This document shows positions 46,360 to 58,325 of a DNA stretch of 64,000 bases, piece by piece. A program made the position numbers and the translations under genes. The notes below the pieces were generated by a model that saw only the letters and a list, made by a program, of their open reading frames with translations, was not told the origin of the DNA and ran no database searches. Position 1 is the stretch's first letter. Each line of letters opens with the position of its first letter. This stretch comes from an uncultured bacterium (GTDB lineage Bacteria > Krumholzibacteriota > Krumholzibacteriia > Krumholzibacteriales > Krumholzibacteriaceae). Location: the NCBI GenBank assembly GCA_963846325.1, contig CAWJVO010000009.1, forward strand, positions 251,083-315,082. The letters run 5' to 3'.

Positions 46360-48306
46360 CAGAAAGTAAAACCCGCTTCAACCGTGACGGCCCAATCCTC
46401 CGCGAGCGATTCCTCGGCTTCGAAGAGAACTTTCATCGATGCCGCTTCTCCGCTCGCCGCGAGCGAGCGAAAAACGCCGCGGTCCATGAGATACTCTTCC
46501 CTTCCGTGTCCGGAAAACGCGTACAGCCAGCGGTCGAAGGCGTACGGATCGACCCCCGTCCCGACGGCGCACCAGAGCCCTCGCCCGAGGTCGCCGCGAA
46601 CGGAAAGGAACGCGTCGACGAAATCGCGCGACGCGCCTCCATATTCATACGAAACGCCGCGCATATCGAGGAGAAACGTCACGCGCGGATGCACGGCGAT
46701 TCCGTTCGCGAGACGGATCTCCCCGAAACGGGGCCCGTCGGCGGCGCCGTCCCACGCTTCCGTTATCTCGATCAGCAGGCCGGTTCCCCAGGGGAGATTC
46801 GGGGGATTCTCGCGCCTCCAGCCGCACGAGAGCCTCACCTCGCAGATGTGCTTCGAGGAGAGGAACGGGACGCGATCGTACGTGAGCTCGTCGCCGTCGA
46901 GCCAGAAATTCGTCCTGCCGAGCCAGAATATCGAGCCGGTATTCATGGCGGAGTATCTCTCGAACTTCCCCGCGAGGCCGATCGAAAGCGCGGAATCCCC
47001 GAAGGCGAGAGTCCCGTCGAGGCTTTCCGTCGATCCGTCCGGCCTTCCGCCCCTCGCGGAACGCTCCCCTTCGAGCGTCGTCCGCCTGAATACGAGCCCG
47101 GCGCGCGATCGAACGCCCGCGCGCGAGATGCCGACCGAGAGCCGGCGCCCATGCTCCCATTCGCGCTCGGTCGAGACATGCTCGAAGGCGTTCGCGCCTC
47201 CGGCGTCCTCGAAGAGCCGTCCCGTCGCCGAGAGAAAGCTCCTGCCGAAGAGAAGCTCCCCGTCGAGAGCCACGCCGCTCCTCGGGGGAACCGTGAGAGA
47301 CAGCCCGTGGAACACGTCCCGCTCGTACCCGACGAAGAAATCGGCGCCGGCCGCCGGCAGGCGCCAATACCCTTCCTTCGCCCTTCGATCCTCCCTGAAC
47401 AGGTATCGGATCGCCGCGCCTTGTATCTTCGCTCCGAATCCCAGCCCGTAGAGGTCCGAATCGACGAGATCGCGGCGGGAAAAGAGATCGGACGAATCGG
47501 CCGTTCCCTCGAGACCCGAGCGATACCCGCGCAAACGGCTCGCATAGATGAACCGACCGTCGAGGTCGAAGGGCAAGATCCCCTCCACCTCCACTCCTCG
47601 ACTGAAAAGGCTCGCCGGGTATCGGTAGGGACCGACCGTTCCGATCAGCCCGATCGAGTCGCCGAGGTCGATCGCCGCTTCGGGACGGCTGAAGGCGCGG
47701 ATCGTCCCCCGTTCGAAACGATATGAAGCGAGGCCGCGCAGCACGAAAGCTTCTCCCGCGCCCGATTCTTCCTCCGGGAACTCCCCGGTCAGCCCGATCG
47801 CGAGATCGGCGTCGATTCGTTCGTCGATCGTGCCCCCGATTCCCCACACGGAGTGCAGAGCTCCCCCGCCGTCGCTCCCGACGGCGTCGATCCTGACGAC
47901 GGGCACGAGACTGGCCTTCGCGGATCCGGCCAGATTGGCCGTCGATTCCGCGAGGATAACCTCGAGGGCGCCGTCCCGTTCCCTGAGTATGAAGCAGGAG
48001 TTGCCGTTCGAGTCGACGCAGGGATTATCGGGATCCGTCTTCGAGGCGCCGTCCGCCATGAAACCGTACCGGTAGTTTCCCGGAAGGAGATAGAGCCGTA
48101 TCTCGAACCCGTCTTCCGTTTCGGCCATGAGATCGATCGTCGGATTCCAACCGTTGAAATCGCCGACGAGGAACACCTTGCCGGCCTTGAACCCCCCGAT
48201 CCTGAAGACGACCTCCTCCTCTTCGACGCCGACCGAGGCACGGCACTGCGCCGCGGCGAACAAGGCCGCCAAGCAGGAAACGAACGCCACCCATCGCCGC
48301 TTCATC
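46359..48306 (-). CDS. outer-membrane protein: N-terminal CBM48-like domain fused to a large predicted beta-barrel
   Basis: A signal peptide (MKRRWVAFVSCLAALFAAAQC) is followed by VFLVGDFNGWNPTIDLMAETEDGFEIRLYLLPGNYRYGFMADG. About 550 aa of Gly/Ser/Arg-alternating beta-like sequence follows. It ends in VEAGFTF, the C-terminal Phe signature of OM barrels. Confidence 0.65.
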
Positions 48307-49852
48307 TCGATCCCCCGCCTCCGAACCATATCCGCGTGAAGAACGTGACGAACCGGTCGTTCGACGCGGGATAGAATCCCAGCGCATACGCGTCGAACGA
48401 GCCGTCGAGCCGGACGCTCTCCTCCGACGGCACAAAAGACCCGAGCGCCGCCTGGAAGAGAAACCGCTCCCGCGGCCTGAATTCGATTTCGACGTTGTAA
48501 CGATTCAGGCGCGAGCGATAGAGAAAGAGCGCGCTCTTCGCCGAGACGCGCGAACCGAGATTGAGGGTCCCCCGCGCCAGATACGACATGAGGTTCGCTC
48601 CGCCGAGATCGTCGATGCGCACCATCATGACGATTCGGGATAACGCGTTGTCGTCGACGAAAGAGACCGCCGCCGAGCTTCTCTCTCCCTTGGCGCACAG
48701 AAGGCTCTGCCGCATCTCGAAGCCGCCGCGGTACCGCATTCGCGCGCTTCCGACGATCCTGCTGAAATCCTGTCCCCACCACGCGCCGTCGGCGGCGTCG
48801 ACGGAAAGGAGCGCGTCGTAGCTCGCCGGCTTCCACCACGCCAGCAGCCTGGCTTCGCGCAATCCTCGCGCAGTTTCACCTTCGGGATTCGCGAATCCGC
48901 GCCCGGCGTATCGATACCCCGGCACGAGACCGATCGCGCCCCGATCGCCCATTCCGACCCCGAGGCCTTCGATCTCTGCCGCGAAGGCGTCGTTATCCGA
49001 GAACAGCGCGCCGAAATCGTCGAGTCGCACGGCGCTCCAGTCCAGATCGAAAAGAGCGTTGTTTCGAAGCTCGTTCCATCCGCCGCTCTGCGTGCGGGCG
49101 AGCTCGGCGATAAGATCGATCCCCTTCACCCTGAAACCGACGTCCGTCCCGACGGTGACCCGGTCGTCGTACCGTCCGTCGATCATCTCCGAGATCGTGA
49201 GCCCGGCATGCCATCGGGCTCTCTGGAATCCCTCGAGCCTGAAGACCCGAAGACGATCCTCGTCTCCCCGATACGAGGGCAGTCCGCCATGGATCGCGAC
49301 GTCGTCGTGATCGCGGAGAACCGATTCGATATAGCCCAGCGAGAGATGCGCGCCCGCGTTCGCCGTGAGGGCGATCCCTTCGCCGCGATCGACGATGCCC
49401 GGCGATTCGTCCGACAGCAGCTTGAGGAGCCTTTGATCGGTTCGATACACCCGTTCGCGGGAGAAGAGCCTGCCGGAGACCGCGCCTCCCAGCAGATCGA
49501 AGCCGACGTGCCCCTGGTCGAGAACGAACTGCTGATCATGATACTCGCCGCCGAGGCGGAAGCCGGTCGCGCCCTTCGCGAATACCGCGATACCCCGGGG
49601 ATGGATCATTTCCCCGAGAACCGCGAGCCGGTCGTTGACGTGCGAGCGGCTCTGCAGATCGTTCCACGGAAAGCTCGAAGACCATTCCCTGACGTCGATG
49701 CGGCTCAGGTAGTGCGCGGACCATTTGAATACGACGGAAGAGTCGGAGTGCTCCTCCGCCCGCGCCGGCCGAGGCGCCGCGATCGAGATCAGGGAGAGCG
49801 CAACGAACGCGACGCGCGAGCGCCGCATGAAGCCCTCGTGCATCTCTCTCAT
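48302..49852 (-). CDS. secreted/outer-membrane hypothetical protein
   Basis: A signal peptide (MRRSRVAFVALSLISIAAPRPARA) is present. The start overlaps the upstream stop as ATGA. The body is beta-rich. The track ORF's upstream extension is Arg-rich junk. Confidence 0.5.
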   Translation of the reverse strand: MREMHEGFMRRSRVAFVALSLISIAAPRPARAEEHSDSSVVFKWSAHYLSRIDVREWSSSFPWNDLQSRSHVNDRLAVLGEMIHPRGIAVFAKGATGFRLGGEYHDQQFVLDQGHVGFDLLGGAVSGRLFSRERVYRTDQRLLKLLSDESPGIVDRGEGIALTANAGAHLSLGYIESVLRDHDDVAIHGGLPSYRGDEDRLRVFRLEGFQRARWHAGLTISEMIDGRYDDRVTVGTDVGFRVKGIDLIAELARTQSGGWNELRNNALFDLDWSAVRLDDFGALFSDNDAFAAEIEGLGVGMGDRGAIGLVPGYRYAGRGFANPEGETARGLREARLLAWWKPASYDALLSVDAADGAWWGQDFSRIVGSARMRYRGGFEMRQSLLCAKGERSSAAVSFVDDNALSRIVMMVRIDDLGGANLMSYLARGTLNLGSRVSAKSALFLYRSRLNRYNVEIEFRPRERFLFQAALGSFVPSEESVRLDGSFDAYALGFYPASNDRFVTFFTRIWFGGGGSR

Positions 49853-50718
49853 GGCGCCTCCCCGCTCGATCCCCCGGGAAGACGCGCCTCGCAGGCGAGC
49901 GTCCAGGTCACTCCCTCGCTCTCGGCCGCCGCGAACGCGATCGAGCCCCCCAGCCATGACCCGGTCCAGCGCGCTCCTCCCGACACGCGGCCGTCGGAGA
50001 GGCCGGCCAGGAGCTCGATCGGCACGGCGGTCTTGACGCCGACCCCGTAATGAAACGTCGTCCGGCCGGCGCGGCGCGCGGTCGCGAACGAGACGACGAC
50101 CGTGTTCTCCCAGAAGTACGAGGCGCCCCATCTCTGTTCGCGGCGCCACGCCTCGCCGCCGCGCGCTCGGTCGAGGCTCGCGTCCCTGATATTGCCCGCC
50201 GAATACGCGAACGAAACGACGGGGAGCGGCTTCAGAATGATCCCCGCGTCGCCGCTCGCGATCCACTCCGAACCCTTTTCCCCCGTATCGGCTCGTTCCC
50301 TCGAAATGCCGCCGATCGTCAGGCTCGCCCCGAACGAGAGAAACGATCCCTGCGTTCCTTCGACGAGCCGGTGCGCGGCTCCCACCGCGAAAAGGTCGTT
50401 CGATTCGCTCCCGGAGCCGGCGCGATACCAGCCGAGAGCGCCCCGCGTTCCGCCCGCTCCCGCCCCGAAGGCGACTCTCGATTCCCGTCCTCCCCGGACG
50501 CCCGCGGGCTCGGCGTAATCGAGATACAGCGCGGGACTGGCGGATATGACGATCCCCGCGGGATTCACGAAGAGCGCGGCGGGCCCGTCGGCGAGAGAGA
50601 CGAGCGCTCCTCCCATCGCCTGCGACCGGGCCACGGCCGCGGATTCGTTCAGCCGGGCTTCGACGCGCGCGCCCAGCAGACACGACACGCACAGCAGGAG
50701 GAGGCGGCGTTTCATCAC
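49849..50718 (-). CDS. FadL/PorV-like outer-membrane beta-barrel protein
   Basis: A signal peptide (MMKRRLLLLCVSCLLGA) is followed by SQAMGGALVSLADGPAALFVNPAG. This is the same R..A.GGA....D.....NPA motif seen in the 28276-30180 protein. The family call rests on recalled motifs. Confidence 0.5.
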   Translation of the reverse strand: MMKRRLLLLCVSCLLGARVEARLNESAAVARSQAMGGALVSLADGPAALFVNPAGIVISASPALYLDYAEPAGVRGGRESRVAFGAGAGGTRGALGWYRAGSGSESNDLFAVGAAHRLVEGTQGSFLSFGASLTIGGISRERADTGEKGSEWIASGDAGIILKPLPVVSFAYSAGNIRDASLDRARGGEAWRREQRWGASYFWENTVVVSFATARRAGRTTFHYGVGVKTAVPIELLAGLSDGRVSGGARWTGSWLGGSIAFAAAESEGVTWTLACEARLPGGSSGEAP

Positions 50719-51212
50719 AGGGGACCCTTGGCCTCGTCGATCCTCTTCAGGCCTTCGAGTATCAGGTGATCGAGCTTGACGTCGAGAAGGATGTCCTCGT
50801 CCTCGGGAAGGACGTCATGGAAGAAGATGAATTGTCCTTTTCGCCACGACAACACCTCGTAGACGACCTCTTTCATCTGCTCCTGTATCGCCTCGGCGAG
50901 GGAATTGTAGTCGAGATAGCCGCGCTCGATGAGCGCGCGGCCGATCCGGCCGCGCCCTTCCCTCGACACGGAATCGTGGAGCACCTTGCCGAGCTGCTCC
51001 TCGGTCAGCCATCCCTTTTCGATGAGGAACTTGCCCAGCTTCTTCTTTCGGGTGTCCATCGTGGCGTAGATGAGCTCTCCGCCCTTGAAATAGAAGCTCG
51101 CCACGTTGTCGTGCGTCACGAATTTGATCTCGCCCGTGAGAAGCGAGAAGCTCATTATCTGAAACGCGATCGAAGGCTCGAGTATCGAAAGGTCCCCCCC
51201 GAAATCCATCAC
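50715..51212 (-). CDS. DUF4388-like domain protein
   Basis: The N-terminus GDLSILEPSIAFQIMSFSLLTGEIKFV resembles the DUF4388 motif. The assignment is by recall. The gene overlaps the downstream gene start as ATGA. Confidence 0.45.
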   Translation of the reverse strand: MMDFGGDLSILEPSIAFQIMSFSLLTGEIKFVTHDNVASFYFKGGELIYATMDTRKKKLGKFLIEKGWLTEEQLGKVLHDSVSREGRGRIGRALIERGYLDYNSLAEAIQEQMKEVVYEVLSWRKGQFIFFHDVLPEDEDILLDVKLDHLILEGLKRIDEAKGPL

Positions 51213-51264
51213 GGACCTCCTCTGCCGCCATCCCCGCCGCGCGGGCGTTCGGACGGCGATCCTC

Positions 51265-54008
<2,744 letters not shown>

Positions 54009-54132
54009 CGGAGACCTCCTATTTTAAATCATTGCAACATGTTGTGAGACGCCCCACACCCTCCGCCCCACTCCGTAAGTTTATATCCAAACAGGCGGCA
54101 AATGGCAACGGAATTATACTCGGGATGGAAGG

Positions 54133-55866
54133 TCAGCGGACGAGGACGGCCTTTACGCTCTTCATGGAGCCCCCAATTTCGATCGCGAGAAAATAGACGC
54201 CGCTCGCCGCTCGATCCCCTCGATCGTTCGCGCCGTCCCAGTCGAGACTCAGCGACCGCCGCACGGCCCTTCCCTCGGCGAGCGTCCGAACGAGCGATCC
54301 GCGGCAATCGTAGATCCTGATCGTGATCGGGCGCGGGGAATCCAGCGTGACCAGGATCGTCGTCGCCGCGCTGAACGGATTCGGGAACGCCGTCACGGAA
54401 ACGGACGATTCGACGGGCCGCGCGGTCAGCGCCGCGTTCGGTATACCCCACCCGTACGTGTTGTCGGGAGCCGAGCTCCGGGAGGAAGTGGCGCGGAGAG
54501 TGTCCCTCATGTGCATCGGGCTCCACTCGGGATGGAGCTCGAGCAGCAGGGCGCAGACGCCTGCGGCGATCGGCGCCGCATAGGAGGTGCCGTTGTACGA
54601 ACCGTACCCGTCCGGATTCGACACGCTCCGCACACCCGCTCCCATCGCCGTGAGATCGGGTTTGATGCGTCCGTCCGCGGTCGGGCCGCGCGAGCTGAAG
54701 GAAGCGATGAGGCCCGTGCGATCGACCGCGCCGATCGCGAGCACGCTGTCTCCGTCAGCCGGAGCGACGAGCCCGGAGAGACCGCGATTGCCGGCGGAAT
54801 TGACGACCACGATCCCGTGGGACACGGCGATATCCGCGGCCCGCGTGCACAGGGCCGTGTTGCCGTCGAGCTGATCGTTCGTGTACCAGTCGACGTAGCC
54901 GAGCGAGCTCGTTACGACGTCGGCTCCCGCGCTGTCCGCCCACTCGATCCCGGCGATCCAGTGATCCTCCTCGACCGGGGTCTCGGAACCGATGATCTCG
55001 GTTTTTGCGAGAAGATACCGCGCGCCCCACGCAGGGCCCACGAGATCCCCCTCCGCGTACCCCGCCAGAACCCCGAGAACCGTCGTGCCGTGCGTTTCCT
55101 GGCCGGCGGGGTCTCCGGCCTCGTCGGAAGTCACGGAATCCCCGTTGATGAAATCGTACTGCGCCTCCACCTGGAGGGCCGCGAACGCCGGATGGCCGAG
55201 CCTGAATCCGGTGTCGAGAATCGCGACGAGAACGGGGCCGAGTCCCGAAACGCTCCCCGAGCCGTTATAGCCCCCTTCGAGAAGCTCGATGACGCCCACC
55301 TGATCCAGCTGATCGAAGCTCTCCCCGTAATCGATGGCGTGCGCGGCGCGGGGCGCGAGCCCCGGCGACGATCCTCGCGGCGCCTCGGGAAGCGCGCCGG
55401 GGAGCCGGCGGCGTGCCGCGACGAGATCCACCGCACGCACGAACTCAAATCCGCACACCGCTTCGATATCCCGCGCTTCCATCTCCGCGCTCACCGCGTT
55501 GAAATACCGCGACGCGTGACGGATCCGTGTCGCGTGAGCGCGGAGCGAATCGACGTAGCCGCGGTGAACGGGAATGTCGCGCGCGGAAACGGATGCGTCC
55601 CCGCGGATGGCGCGGCGATTCGCCGCGCGCGCGGAGCGGCAAAGCTCATTCGCCTTTCGCGGCGCGGATCCCCTGTCGGAGAAGAATACCCAGACGGCGA
55701 CCGTATCCGTCGGCAGGGCCGCGGCGCAAAGCCCGCGCAAGGATGAGGAGCATTTCGACGATGAGATCGAAACCGGCGACGGGGGGACCGGTCGGGCGCT
55801 CACGCCGCGCGAGAGGGGCCCGTCTTGCGCGGGCGCCGCTCCCGCGAGGAGAACGGACAGCGCCAT
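54133..55866 (-). CDS. subtilisin-like serine protease (S8) with T9SS C-terminal sorting domain
   Basis: The catalytic motifs are ILDTGF (Asp), HGTTVLG (His) and GTSYAAPIAAG (Ser). The CTD is FPNPFSAATTILVTLDSPRPITIRIYDCRGSLVRTL...SGVYFLAIEIGG. The start is approximate (MALSVLLAG). Confidence 0.75.
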   Translation of the reverse strand: MALSVLLAGAAPAQDGPLSRGVSARPVPPSPVSISSSKCSSSLRGLCAAALPTDTVAVWVFFSDRGSAPRKANELCRSARAANRRAIRGDASVSARDIPVHRGYVDSLRAHATRIRHASRYFNAVSAEMEARDIEAVCGFEFVRAVDLVAARRRLPGALPEAPRGSSPGLAPRAAHAIDYGESFDQLDQVGVIELLEGGYNGSGSVSGLGPVLVAILDTGFRLGHPAFAALQVEAQYDFINGDSVTSDEAGDPAGQETHGTTVLGVLAGYAEGDLVGPAWGARYLLAKTEIIGSETPVEEDHWIAGIEWADSAGADVVTSSLGYVDWYTNDQLDGNTALCTRAADIAVSHGIVVVNSAGNRGLSGLVAPADGDSVLAIGAVDRTGLIASFSSRGPTADGRIKPDLTAMGAGVRSVSNPDGYGSYNGTSYAAPIAAGVCALLLELHPEWSPMHMRDTLRATSSRSSAPDNTYGWGIPNAALTARPVESSVSVTAFPNPFSAATTILVTLDSPRPITIRIYDCRGSLVRTLAEGRAVRRSLSLDWDGANDRGDRAASGVYFLAIEIGGSMKSVKAVLVR

Positions 55867-55928
55867 GCAGCCGGCGCTCCGCGCTATCGCTTCCCTTCCG
55901 AATCGGGCCCGTTCACGAAGCGTGCGCG

Positions 55929-56849
55929 TTATCTCCTCCTCCGGCGCCCGATCGTCGCGGATCCGCGAAACCTCCCGATGCCGAGATAGCGCGCGATGTT
56001 GGCCTCCCGCTCGATCTTCGGTGCGACGAGATCTTTCGACGTCGTCATGATCACCGTGACTCCGGGACCGTGTCCGCTGACGACACACGACGCGTGGACG
56101 ACGACCCCGATCGTGATCGCGCCCGATTTGATCGATCGCCCGAACCTGCAGTCCGCGTCCCGGATGGCGACGACGTCGCCGAGGCGAAGGCTCTCGATCC
56201 CGTACTTCCGCACGAGATCGCTGTCCGCGACCTGTATATCGAAATCCCCGCTGAAGCTGTGCCGCGATCCCGTCCCCGAGCCCATGATCGAGGCCGGAAT
56301 GACGTGCGTCACCGGTACGGCCAGCCGATCGCCCCGAACGGCTATTCTCAGCTTGCGAAGCAGCCCCGGATCGAGGCTCATCACCTGCACGTCGGGAAAA
56401 TCCTCGAGCCTGAGCCCCTGGCCGACCGCCTTGATCTGGATGCGGTCGCCGACGGCCAGCTTCTCGAGAACAGGCCGGGGGAAATCGACGATGACGTGCT
56501 CCACGCCGCCGTGCTTGCCCGTCACGACGCCCCGAGCGTCCAGCGCGGCGCCGCTCACGACGCGCGCCTCGTTGCCGACACACGCGAGTATGCAGAGCGC
56601 TCCGAGGCTCGCGCCGTCCCTTTCCCTCTCGTCCAGGGTCATGCTCACGCCGGGCTCCACATGATCCCCCGCGAAGCTGAAGGCCGAATCGCCCACGGCG
56701 ACGTTATACGTGATGCCGCCGACGCCCGGAAGTATGTGAACCCCCCCTCCCTGATCGACGAGGTACGGGTTTTTCAGCGGGATCCGCGGATGGACGATCC
56801 CGCCGGCGACCGACTGGATGACGCAGAATTTCGAGTTCGTTCTCAGCAC
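55929..56849 (-). CDS. conserved hypothetical protein (possibly DUF4438 family)
   Basis: A 306-aa ORF with non-biased composition. A GC-hairpin terminator of the upstream gene lies just 5' of it. The family call is by recall and was not verified. Confidence 0.45.
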   Translation of the reverse strand: MLRTNSKFCVIQSVAGGIVHPRIPLKNPYLVDQGGGVHILPGVGGITYNVAVGDSAFSFAGDHVEPGVSMTLDERERDGASLGALCILACVGNEARVVSGAALDARGVVTGKHGGVEHVIVDFPRPVLEKLAVGDRIQIKAVGQGLRLEDFPDVQVMSLDPGLLRKLRIAVRGDRLAVPVTHVIPASIMGSGTGSRHSFSGDFDIQVADSDLVRKYGIESLRLGDVVAIRDADCRFGRSIKSGAITIGVVVHASCVVSGHGPGVTVIMTTSKDLVAPKIEREANIARYLGIGRFRGSATIGRRRRR

Positions 56850-56945
56850 GGATATGTCCTTTCATTCGATCGCATCTCGCGAACATCCGACGGTGAAGCG
56901 TGATGTTCCCAAAAAACGCTTCGAACGTCAAGAGGCGAGGACAAG

Positions 56946-56975
56946 AAAAAGCCGCCCCTCGATGCGGGGGGCGGC
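56946..56975 (-). terminator. rho-independent terminator after the 57008-58288 gene
   Basis: On the minus strand GCCGCCCC...GGGGCGGC is followed by TTTTTCTTG. It lies about 35 nt after the stop. Confidence 0.5.
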
Positions 56976-57007
56976 TCGATCACGCCGGGCGCCGGTTCGG
57001 ATCGGCA

Positions 57008-58288
57008 TTATCTGATAACGACGATCTTCCCGTAGGCATCCGATCCGTCGGCGGAGTTCTTGCAGCGATAGAGATAGACACCCGAGCCGACTTCCTGTCC
57101 GCGCTGATTCTTCACGTCCCACGAAATGATCCCGTTCTCTCCCGTCGGGCTGCTGTGATGCGCTTCCCAGATGAGATCCCCCGATACCGTATAGATCTTG
57201 ATATCGGCCTCTTTCGGCACGTTGAAGAACTTGATGCTGCGATCGGGATAGTTGTGATAGAAGGGATGCGTTTCGGCCGAGGTCCCGGTGCGATAGGGAT
57301 TCGGAACCGCGAATATCAGCTTCATGTCGGTCCCCGCTCCGACCGTCATCGCGATGACCTTGCTGGCGTCTTCGCAGGGCACGGGATTATCCGGATCCGC
57401 CGGATTCGCGAGGTCCTCGTCGCAGATGAAATTATCCGTCTTGTTGAACTGCGTCAGACCCCGGAAATAGCCCCTGTCGAAGCTGGTCACGACGTAATAA
57501 TAGGTGAATCCGGCGAACGCGTTTTCATCGACGAACTCGTAGTATGGCCTCCCCAACGCGTCCATTTTGGGCCATTCCAAGAAATAGAGCGAATCGTACT
57601 CAAACCCGAGAAAAGCGGCGTCGCGCGAGAGCTCGGCGATGACGCTCATATGGGTCGGCAGCGGAGAAAGCCCCCGCCAGACATGGAACCCTTCGTTCGT
57701 CTGAAGATCCAATTCGAAGGACGCGGGGGATCCGTCGAACGTCGTATCGACAATCCCCGCGCTGAACGCGAGACTGATGCCGAGCTTGAGCGTATCGCCG
57801 GTGGCCAATCCCACCAGATTGATCGGAATGCGGGTCCCCGGAGCATAGTGACTCGCGCCGAGATTGAATTCCCTGTAATACGTATCGAAACGATCACGCA
57901 GCTCGGCATACATCCGGATCGACGACTCGACTCCGATCGTGTCCACCGTGGGATTCGTGAGCACGATTCGCCCGACCTTGAGGGTCCGATCGACGGTGCC
58001 GCCGTACACGCCGGTGATCTCGACTTCGGAGATGTTCGGATCGGGTCCCCGCCAGCCGGTCCAATGCCGCGATCCTGTGATCGAGCCCTGAACGGATTCG
58101 AGCAAGGAGCCCGGGGGATACCAGCCGACGACGATATCCCGCCCGTTTCTGATCGCGTAGACGGAATCGGGCGGCACAATATCCAGACGCATCGTATCCA
58201 CGGCGCTTTGCGCTCTCGTATCGGCGCATATGGCCGCGATCCCGAGGAGCACAAAAGCAAATACCATTCCCCGTCGAATCAGACTCAC
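57008..58288 (-). CDS. secreted hypothetical protein with T9SS C-terminal sorting domain
   Basis: The signal peptide is MVFAFVLLGIAAICADTRAQ. The CTD is AVPNPYRTG...IKIYTVSGDLIWEAHH...SGVYLYRCKNS...GKIVVIR. Confidence 0.65.
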   Translation of the reverse strand: MSLIRRGMVFAFVLLGIAAICADTRAQSAVDTMRLDIVPPDSVYAIRNGRDIVVGWYPPGSLLESVQGSITGSRHWTGWRGPDPNISEVEITGVYGGTVDRTLKVGRIVLTNPTVDTIGVESSIRMYAELRDRFDTYYREFNLGASHYAPGTRIPINLVGLATGDTLKLGISLAFSAGIVDTTFDGSPASFELDLQTNEGFHVWRGLSPLPTHMSVIAELSRDAAFLGFEYDSLYFLEWPKMDALGRPYYEFVDENAFAGFTYYYVVTSFDRGYFRGLTQFNKTDNFICDEDLANPADPDNPVPCEDASKVIAMTVGAGTDMKLIFAVPNPYRTGTSAETHPFYHNYPDRSIKFFNVPKEADIKIYTVSGDLIWEAHHSSPTGENGIISWDVKNQRGQEVGSGVYLYRCKNSADGSDAYGKIVVIR

Positions 58289-58325
58289 CGTGCCTCCTTT
58301 TCAGTCCTGTGCAGCAGGGCGACGA

